Made by a program: the position numbers and the translations under genes. From an uncultured Nitrososphaerales archaeon (lineage in GTDB: Archaea > Thermoproteota > Nitrososphaeria > Nitrososphaerales > Gagatemarchaeaceae), in NCBI GenBank assembly GCA_963706445.1, contig OY970160.1:544001-608000 (forward strand): DNA of 64,000 bases, in the 5' to 3' direction. A model generated the notes under the pieces. That model did not search any database. It was not told the DNA's origin and saw only the letters and a list, made by a program, of their open reading frames with translations. Of the stretch, positions 57,186 through 64,000 are shown piece after piece. The number at the start of each line of letters is the position of its first letter. Position 1 is the first letter of the stretch.

Positions 57186-57932
57186 GTGACTAGCAGCTCG
57201 GAAGGGGAAACGAAGTTGAGCAGCGGCCTCCCCGGCCTCGACACCATGCTTGACGGGGGTTTCAACAAAGGGCGCGTAGTCCTCGTCCTCGGGGAGCCAG
57301 GGACTGGCAAGACGATAATCTGCTCACAATACCTCTACAACGGCGCTGCGGCACTGGGGGAGAACAGCATGTTCATCGGCATGAACGAGCCGAAGAGCCG
57401 TTTCATGCGTGAGATGCTCAACCTTGGGATGGACTTTGCAAAGCTCGAGGCAGATGGGAAGTTCAAGTACGTCGACGCCACAGAAGTCAGGAAGATCCCT
57501 CAGACTGCGCAGGTGGGCCGCATATCCGTCGGAGGGAGGGAGCTTGGTCTTGTCAACCTTCTTGAGACCATGCAGAGCGCGATAGCAAAGTTCGAGCCAG
57601 CAAGGATTGCGTTGGATTCGATGTCTGACCTTGTCTTCAGGTTCCCTTCCGTCGATGAGCGGAGGCCGGTGGTACTCGACATGATAGAGACCCTCCAATC
57701 GACGAGCGCCACCTCGCTGCTGACGAGCGAGCTCCTCTCGACCGGCGAGGAGAGGCTGCTCCAGCCCGAGGAGTACCTGGCCGAAGGAGTTTTGCTCATG
57801 AGGACCCTCCGCAAGGGAGTAAGGACCATCCAGATTCTCAAGATGCGGGGGTCGAAGGTCGATACCCATCCCAGACCGTACGTCATCACGGGGAAGGGGC
57901 TCGAAGTCCTGGCGACCGAGGAAGTGTACTAG
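57186..57932 (+). CDS. KaiC-like ATPase (single domain)
   Basis: SGLPGLD, GEPGTGKT, IALDS, EEYLAEG, LKMRG. Confidence 0.92.
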   Translation: MTSSSEGETKLSSGLPGLDTMLDGGFNKGRVVLVLGEPGTGKTIICSQYLYNGAAALGENSMFIGMNEPKSRFMREMLNLGMDFAKLEADGKFKYVDATEVRKIPQTAQVGRISVGGRELGLVNLLETMQSAIAKFEPARIALDSMSDLVFRFPSVDERRPVVLDMIETLQSTSATSLLTSELLSTGEERLLQPEEYLAEGVLLMRTLRKGVRTIQILKMRGSKVDTHPRPYVITGKGLEVLATEEVY

Positions 57933-57953
57933 TCCCGGACGGATGCCCAAAGA

Positions 57954-59036
57954 TTGGACTTCTGTCTCATCCACCTGTCGGACTTCCACCTGCGGACCTC
58001 GACTCAACCTCAGACCGACAAGATCCTAAGCTCTCTCGCCGCCGACGCAAAGGAGAGGGTCGAGTCCCTCGACCTCCCCAGCCCTCACGTCGCTCTCTCG
58101 GGTGACCTAGCATACGGAGGAAGAGATGAGGAGTACGCCATCGTAGACGGCTTCGTGGCGACCCTCTCGGAGAGCCTTCACGCCAGAAGCCTCATGTTCT
58201 GTGGGGGGAACCACGATGTGAACTGGAGCACCCTCGCCCCTATCAGCACTGACCTCATGAACGAGATGGTGGAGAAAAGGGGGGGCGTCGCGTCGACCAA
58301 TGCTCACTTCGCCGTCGAATCCGACCGGGACGCAATGAAAGCAGGGATGGGCCCCTACTACTCCTTCTTGGAGAAGCATGGCGTGAAATCAGATCCGGAA
58401 CTGTTCTACGTCAGGTCGCTGACTGTGGCTAACCTCAGACTCAACCTCATCAGCCTGAACTCCGCGTATATGTTCAGCAGGAAGTACAACTACCACGGAT
58501 ACGTGGGCGCGCAACAGCTCGCTTCCGCCGAAAGAGCCGTATCAGGCCAGAGGGGGCCCTCATTCAACATCGCCTTGGTCCATCACCCCCTCGAGGCCAT
58601 CGTCCCTTCATCGCAGGAGGAGACAAAACGGCACCTGTTTTCCTTCTCAGATGTGATCCTGAACGGCCATGTCCACTCCCCCAGGGTCTCCATCGAGTAT
58701 ACTGCGAGGATGCTGGGGCGGGTGAGAGAAGGGCCGCCTCCGGTGATAAGCTGCGCCCGGTGTGTGTTCGACGAGGCGAACGACCCTACGGTGTCTTCGG
58801 GATACTCGATAATCGGGATCGACTTCGAGTACGAGAAGGTAGCCTCCCTCAAAGTGTGGGAGGTGGAATTTGACAAGCAAAAGAGGACGTGGTATTACGA
58901 CGAGAAGAAACAGACGTACCCCCTTGTCGTGAAAGTCTCCACCGGTTCGGGGGAGGAGCTCGACAGGGTAGGGCCGAAAGTAACTGATGCCGAGAGGGCC
59001 CTCCTCGGAAGGTGGAAGCACGAACAGGAATCATGA
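57954..59036 (+). CDS. Calcineurin-like metallophosphoesterase (CpdA/Icc-like)
   Basis: HLSDFH, SGDL, GNHD, HHP, GHVH. Confidence 0.88.
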   Translation: MDFCLIHLSDFHLRTSTQPQTDKILSSLAADAKERVESLDLPSPHVALSGDLAYGGRDEEYAIVDGFVATLSESLHARSLMFCGGNHDVNWSTLAPISTDLMNEMVEKRGGVASTNAHFAVESDRDAMKAGMGPYYSFLEKHGVKSDPELFYVRSLTVANLRLNLISLNSAYMFSRKYNYHGYVGAQQLASAERAVSGQRGPSFNIALVHHPLEAIVPSSQEETKRHLFSFSDVILNGHVHSPRVSIEYTARMLGRVREGPPPVISCARCVFDEANDPTVSSGYSIIGIDFEYEKVASLKVWEVEFDKQKRTWYYDEKKQTYPLVVKVSTGSGEELDRVGPKVTDAERALLGRWKHEQES

Positions 59037-59195
59037 CAGGCACGCAGACTCCCGCGGAATGGAATAGGACTCACGTCTCGGTCCAAGCCGCCCGCGATTC
59101 TCAACGGGGGCATCCGGAAGAAAACTTTCACCACATTGTATCGCTTTTGTTGACTTAGCCCGTGATTATCGAGATGCCAATTTGAAGCACTGTAG

Positions 59196-60050
59196 TTGTC
59201 CTCACGCGTACCCCTGAGGTTCATCGGCCTAGGCGGAGGGGACGACATCAAACCGAAGATCGCTTCCACCATAAAGGAGATTGAGCTACACCGAAGGGAG
59301 CTCGAGAACCTCCGCGTCAAGCTCGAACAGAGACGGAAGTCATTGTTCGACACGACGGTCAAGGCCATGGTGGCCAAGGACCAGTCCAAGGCGACGATTT
59401 ACGCCAACGAATGGTCGGAGCTGAGGAAGGTGGGGAAGGTCGTTTATGCGAGCGAGCTCGCGCTCACCCAGGTGGTGCTGAGGCTGGAGAGCATCATCGA
59501 GGTCGGGGACGTGATGTCCCACATGAACAGTGCCTTCAAGGTCCTCCGCAAGGTGAACAAGTCCGTCCAGGGACTCGTCCCGTCCATAGACCAGGCGTCG
59601 GATGTGATCAACACCACTCTGTCCGAGACAATGGCTGAGATCGGACACGTGTCACCGTCGATATCTCTGAACATCGAGACCGAGAGCGGGGCCGAGCTTG
59701 TGGAGCAGGCGAGGAAGCTCGCCGAGGAGCGGGCCGAGGAGATGAAGCGCTCCCTCATCATCCCCCCACTCGAAATCCCGCGCGAAGCATTCGAGCCGAG
59801 GGTACCACTGCTCGCTACAGGGGATGACGATGAAGAGGCGGCCTTCCTGGGCACCATCTACAGGCCGAAGCCTACGGAAGAGGCAGAAGAACAGGTCCTG
59901 CAGTACGCCGCCATACACAATGGCAACGTGGACATATCTGACGCTTCTACCGTGCTCAAGATGCCTTCGGACGTCGTCGAGGGGGCGATGCTTGCCCTGA
60001 TGTCCCAGGGGAAGGTCAAGCTCAGCGAAATGGAGGCAAACAAGAAATGA
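59196..60050 (+). CDS. cdvB: ESCRT-III CdvB with C-terminal winged helix
   Basis: YANEWSELRK...LALTQVVLRLESIIEVGD; C-terminal wH-like region; overlaps cdvC. Confidence 0.85.
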   Translation: MSSRVPLRFIGLGGGDDIKPKIASTIKEIELHRRELENLRVKLEQRRKSLFDTTVKAMVAKDQSKATIYANEWSELRKVGKVVYASELALTQVVLRLESIIEVGDVMSHMNSAFKVLRKVNKSVQGLVPSIDQASDVINTTLSETMAEIGHVSPSISLNIETESGAELVEQARKLAEERAEEMKRSLIIPPLEIPREAFEPRVPLLATGDDDEEAAFLGTIYRPKPTEEAEEQVLQYAAIHNGNVDISDASTVLKMPSDVVEGAMLALMSQGKVKLSEMEANKK

Positions 60051-61291
60051 GTGTCGTAGCCGCGAAGGAACTCGAAGACGACGCCAAGAAATACGCCTCC
60101 GAGGCGATCCGCCTCGACTCCCAGGGGGCCCACGGAATGGCTATCCAGATGTACCAGAAGGCGATCTCCACCCTTGTCAAACTTGTGCACCTCTACCCCG
60201 ACTACCGCCTGAACAAGCAGTACACAGAGCGGGCCATGGCTTACCAGGAGAGGGTCAGGGCCATACAAGTCGCCCACGGACTCCTCCCCCAGGACCGGAC
60301 TTCAGAGATGGGCGAATGGACCCCACCGACCACCGGTGGGAGGGGTTCCTCAAATGGGAACGGGGGGTCAGCGAACCAAAACTCCGCCAACGGGCCGCAG
60401 GTTGTACAACAGCTCAAGGCTTCTTTCAATGAGCTAGTCATCACCGAGAAGCCAGACGTGAAGTGGGACGACGTCATAGGCCTCGAAGACTGCAAGATGG
60501 CCATCCGCGAGTCGATCGTGTTCCCGTTCCTCAGGCCCGACCTCTTCAAGCTCGGGTGGCCAAGGGGGATTCTCCTCTACGGTCCGCCTGGGTGCGGGAA
60601 GACAATGGTTGCGGCCGCCACTGCCGCTGAGATCGACGGCTACTTCATCTCGGTCGACGCCGCTTCGATTATGAGCAAATGGCTGGGCGAGGGAGAGAAG
60701 AACGTCTCCAAGCTCTTCAGCAACGCCAGGAAGATGCTCAGCGATAACAAGCCGGTAATAGTGTTCGTCGACGAGATAGACTCCCTCCTCGGGACCCGCG
60801 GTCAGGAGGTGGGCGGAGAGGTCAGGGTGAGAGACCAGTTCCTCAAAGAGACCGACGGAATAAACGACAAGGGGAAAAACCTGCACTTGTATGTGATAGG
60901 GGCTACAAACAAGCCGTGGTCACTCGATCCCCCGTTTCTTAGACGCTTTAGTAAGAGGATTCTAGTTCCGATGCCTGATACTGATGCTCGCATGGCCCAG
61001 TTCAAGTTGTACACCGCTCCCCTGACACTCTCCGAAGATGTCGGTCTGGAGACATTGGCGAAGCTGAGTGACGGGTATTCGGGAAGTGACATCAAAGACA
61101 TATGCCAGGGGGTTCAGTTGCGGGTCGTCAGAGAATTGTTCAAGTCAGGCAAAGCGCTCGACAAGGAGACAACCACGAGACCTATCGCTGTAGCTGACTT
61201 TAAGGAGATCATGAGAACTAGGAAGCCTTCGGTCTCGCCCGACATGCTTAGGGCGTACGCCCAATGGTCGAATAGTTTCAGCGCACTCTAA
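60047..61291 (+). CDS. cdvC: Vps4-like AAA ATPase CdvC
   Basis: N-terminal MIT domain, GPPGCGKT, SKWLGEGEK, FVDEID, ATNKPW. Confidence 0.93.
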   Translation: MSVVAAKELEDDAKKYASEAIRLDSQGAHGMAIQMYQKAISTLVKLVHLYPDYRLNKQYTERAMAYQERVRAIQVAHGLLPQDRTSEMGEWTPPTTGGRGSSNGNGGSANQNSANGPQVVQQLKASFNELVITEKPDVKWDDVIGLEDCKMAIRESIVFPFLRPDLFKLGWPRGILLYGPPGCGKTMVAAATAAEIDGYFISVDAASIMSKWLGEGEKNVSKLFSNARKMLSDNKPVIVFVDEIDSLLGTRGQEVGGEVRVRDQFLKETDGINDKGKNLHLYVIGATNKPWSLDPPFLRRFSKRILVPMPDTDARMAQFKLYTAPLTLSEDVGLETLAKLSDGYSGSDIKDICQGVQLRVVRELFKSGKALDKETTTRPIAVADFKEIMRTRKPSVSPDMLRAYAQWSNSFSAL

Positions 61292-61346
61292 GTCAAGACA
61301 ATACCAAACGACGCATTCCCATAAAAGGCCGAAGGAGGCCACTTGA

Positions 61347-61895
61347 TTGCGATTCAGCGATGTTGTTGATGAACAGAAGGGCTTCGTTGCCGGTGAACTT
61401 GTCCTTCGTTTCAGGCTTCTGACTCGGTTTCTTCGTTCAGTGAAGGTCGTGGTCAAAAGGAGGCAGGTTCGCGCTTCGCTTGAATATCTTGAGGGCACGA
61501 TTACCGGAAACGAATTTCTGCAAGTTCTTGAAGTAGAACACATTCGTCATAAACGGAAGACTAGTCCCCTGAGAACTCTTGGCCCAAGATTCCCAATGAC
61601 TCGAACCCAGGCATTAGAGCTCTCTGCCGTCACATCTGCAAAAGCTAGGATTGAAGGAAATCAAAGAGCATTTCGCAGGCGAATGGAGAGGAGGGTCCTT
61701 TCGTTACCACAGGTATTCGGCGTAAGGGACATCGAAAATGTCATCGGCGTTTCAAAGCCTCGTGCTCAGGTGCTAGGAGTATTGATGGAACGCGAAGGTC
61801 TTGTCAAGAGCCATTTTGAAAGGGTCCCTTCACGCTTTCGCAAAAGAGTGTTTGAAAGGACCTTGACCTCCTACCCTCTCCACGGCCGAGGCTAA
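61347..61895 (+). CDS. Hypothetical protein, possible C-terminal winged helix
   Basis: FGVRDIENVIGVSKPRAQ...MEREGLV; visibly lower GC. Confidence 0.45.
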   Translation: MRFSDVVDEQKGFVAGELVLRFRLLTRFLRSVKVVVKRRQVRASLEYLEGTITGNEFLQVLEVEHIRHKRKTSPLRTLGPRFPMTRTQALELSAVTSAKARIEGNQRAFRRRMERRVLSLPQVFGVRDIENVIGVSKPRAQVLGVLMEREGLVKSHFERVPSRFRKRVFERTLTSYPLHGRG

Positions 61896-61940
61896 TCCCG
61901 AGTCATTTGCTCAAACTCTTAACCACGCTCTTCTGACCCG

Positions 61941-63260
61941 ATGACGATGCGCCCCCAGCCCACTCCAGTCGAACTGAGAGGGATGGTAGGGAAGAAGGTG
62001 ACAATCTCCGGCTGGGTCCACGACGTGCGGGTCCTCGGCGGCATCAGCTTCGTCCTCCTCAGGAACTCGAAGGGGGTGGTCCAGGTCGCCGCGCCAAAGA
62101 AGGCCGTTTCTCCCGAACTCTTCTCCCTGATCGGCGGACTGCACCAGGAGGACGTGATTAAAGTGACCGGGGAGGCGAAGGAGAGCAAGGTCGCCCGGCT
62201 CGGATTCGAAATAATCCCTTCGACTGTGGTGGTGCTTGTCAAGGCTGACACCCCTCTGCCCCTGGACCCCCGAGGGGTGACCCCGGCGTCCCTTGACACA
62301 CGACTCGAGTGGAGGTCGCTCGAGCTCCGCAGGCCCGAGACCGCGGCGATATTCAAGATAGAGAACGCAGTTGTCCAGGGGTTCGAGAAGTTCCTCCAGG
62401 AATCGGGCTTCATCCGGGCCTTCACCCCGAGCATAATCGGGGGCGTCTCCGAGGGAGGCTCGGAGGTCTTCAAGATCGACTTCTACGGAAAGGAGGCCTT
62501 CCTCAGGCAGGATCCCCAACTCCACCGGCAGCTCACCATAGCCGGGGGGTTCGATAGAATCTACGACCTCGGCCCCAACTGGCGTGCCGAACTCTCACAC
62601 ACCCCGCGTCACATAAGCGAGCACAGGACAATCGCCCCCGAGATGGCCTTCCTCTCAGATGAGAGGGACGTCATGAGGTTGGAAGAGGATATGGTCGCCA
62701 GCGGGATTAGGCATGTTGTCAAGACGTGCCCTGATGAGCTGGGGTTGCTGAAGGCGGAGCTCGAGGTCCCCAAGACCCCATTCCCTGAGATCCAGTTTCC
62801 AGAGGTGTACTCTGTCCTGAAGGGAAAGGGGAAATTCCTCCCCAGGGGGGAGGACCTCGACGAAGAATCGAAGGACATCCTGGCGGCCTACGCCAAGGAG
62901 GAGTTCGGCACGGAGTACTTTTACGCAAACAGGTTCCCATCGAAGGCGAAGCCGTTCTACGTGATGAGGTATGACGACGAACCTGAGTTCGCTAGGTCGA
63001 CGGACTTCTTCCACGGGAGCCTCGAGCTCTCCTCCGGCGGCCAGCGCGAGCACAGGTACGACAAGATAATTGAACAAATCAAGGAGAAGGGGATGGACGC
63101 GAAGGCGCTGAGCTGGTTCACCGAGCCGTTCCGATACGGCGTCCCACCGCACGGAGGGTTCTCCTTCGGACTCGAGAGGTTCGTGGCGAGGCTTCTGGGT
63201 CTGGAGAACATCAAGGAGGCGGCCCTGTTCCCAAGGGACCCCGATCGCCTCCAGCCCTAG
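61941..63260 (+). CDS. aspS: Aspartate-tRNA(Asp/Asn) ligase, archaeal type
   Basis: GWVHDVR, EGGSEVF, ELSSGGQR, YGVPPHGG...GLER. Confidence 0.95.
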   Translation: MTMRPQPTPVELRGMVGKKVTISGWVHDVRVLGGISFVLLRNSKGVVQVAAPKKAVSPELFSLIGGLHQEDVIKVTGEAKESKVARLGFEIIPSTVVVLVKADTPLPLDPRGVTPASLDTRLEWRSLELRRPETAAIFKIENAVVQGFEKFLQESGFIRAFTPSIIGGVSEGGSEVFKIDFYGKEAFLRQDPQLHRQLTIAGGFDRIYDLGPNWRAELSHTPRHISEHRTIAPEMAFLSDERDVMRLEEDMVASGIRHVVKTCPDELGLLKAELEVPKTPFPEIQFPEVYSVLKGKGKFLPRGEDLDEESKDILAAYAKEEFGTEYFYANRFPSKAKPFYVMRYDDEPEFARSTDFFHGSLELSSGGQREHRYDKIIEQIKEKGMDAKALSWFTEPFRYGVPPHGGFSFGLERFVARLLGLENIKEAALFPRDPDRLQP

Positions 63261-63292
63261 AGTGATCTAATCTCGCGAATGGCGCACGGAGA

Positions 63293-63829
63293 TTACGAGT
63301 AGAGCTTCGCTGCCGCCTCGCGCTCCGTCTCGACAAGGAGCTCGATTCCCCTTGCCTGTTTCACCGCGTCCCTGAGTTTGTCGAAATCCCCGATCCGCCT
63401 CTCACTTCTCTTCGCAGGGACTATGACCTTCGTCTTCTTCTCGCCGTCAGGGAGGAATACTGTGTTCACTGTAAGGACCTTCGCGGGGAAGAACACGTCC
63501 TCGAGGAACTTCCTGTCGCTCCCCCCTGCACTGACTAGCCATACCTTCCCCTTGAGCGCCTCTTCCAGGTCAGCCTGAAGGAGGGAACTTGACCTGAGGG
63601 CGTAGAAGTCCGCTTGCTCGAACTCGAGCACGTAGGAGCCTTTCGCTTCGAAGGCCCTTCTAAGGCACGCCCGCCCAAGCTCCGGTATCTTGTTTGCCAG
63701 GTGGGCTACGGCCTTCGACGCCTCGACGTCAGCGTTTGTTATCTCTCCCTTGAGCAGCCTTTCCTGGCAGTTCCCACATAGTATCCCCGTCCTCGCGTCG
63801 AAGTAGCAGATGGGGAGCTTCGGCTGCAT
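63293..63829 (-). CDS. Archaeal NusA-like Zn-binding/KH protein
   Basis: KLPICYFDARTGILCGNCQ...FFPAKVLTVNTVFLPDG. Confidence 0.75.
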   Translation of the reverse strand: MQPKLPICYFDARTGILCGNCQERLLKGEITNADVEASKAVAHLANKIPELGRACLRRAFEAKGSYVLEFEQADFYALRSSSLLQADLEEALKGKVWLVSAGGSDRKFLEDVFFPAKVLTVNTVFLPDGEKKTKVIVPAKRSERRIGDFDKLRDAVKQARGIELLVETEREAAAKLYS

Positions 63830-64000
63830 CTGATGGCGGCGGAGAATAACGCGAATAAAAAACGTTCGGCCGTCAAATCAGATATTCAGGGTGGGGTCAG
63901 CGTAACTCTTCGACCTTATGAAACTGCTGGACTACTCCCAGCCACCGCTGGCTCGGTGTCTTTCCCGATTGTTAGCCGTCTCCTGGGGTTCTATTTCCCG

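Noticed and set aside
63830-64000. Possible ncRNA or CDS end at the window edge
   Set aside because: No recognisable tRNA, SRP or RNase P motifs; too little sequence

Overview
Archaeal chromosome segment, GC-rich by eye. The gene set (Cdv/ESCRT-III, deoxyhypusine synthase, archaeal AspRS/IleRS, heme-copper oxidase) suggests a Nitrososphaerota/Thaumarchaeota-like host; that assignment is inference. Bases 1 to ~31,800 are an integrated head-tail (Caudoviricetes, siphovirus-like) provirus. It carries the integrase C-terminus, a ParB-like gene, tail, head and packaging modules, an early region of tiny Zn-binding ORFs, a HerA-like ATPase and a divergent pair of ribbon-helix-helix regulators. Features the ORF track does not show: (1) a conserved minus-strand promoter-like motif (GTTAAAGAGCC type) 30-35 nt before seven start codons, two of them in-frame inside the protease/scaffold gene, implying nested products; (2) a -1 slippery site in the tail assembly chaperone; (3) a fibre + glycosyltransferase + CxxCxxCC cassette between portal and protease; (4) a deletion junction truncating the major capsid protein; (5) a 1-nt frameshift in the large LamG tail gene. 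Bases ~31,900-64,000 are host genes: msrA, dys, hppA, a SoxM-like oxidase operon, cysS, ileS, aspS and cdvB/cdvB/cdvC. A KaiC-like ATPase / Pycsar-type effector / metallophosphoesterase block lies between the ESCRT-III genes. All family calls come from motif recognition by eye; no searches were run.
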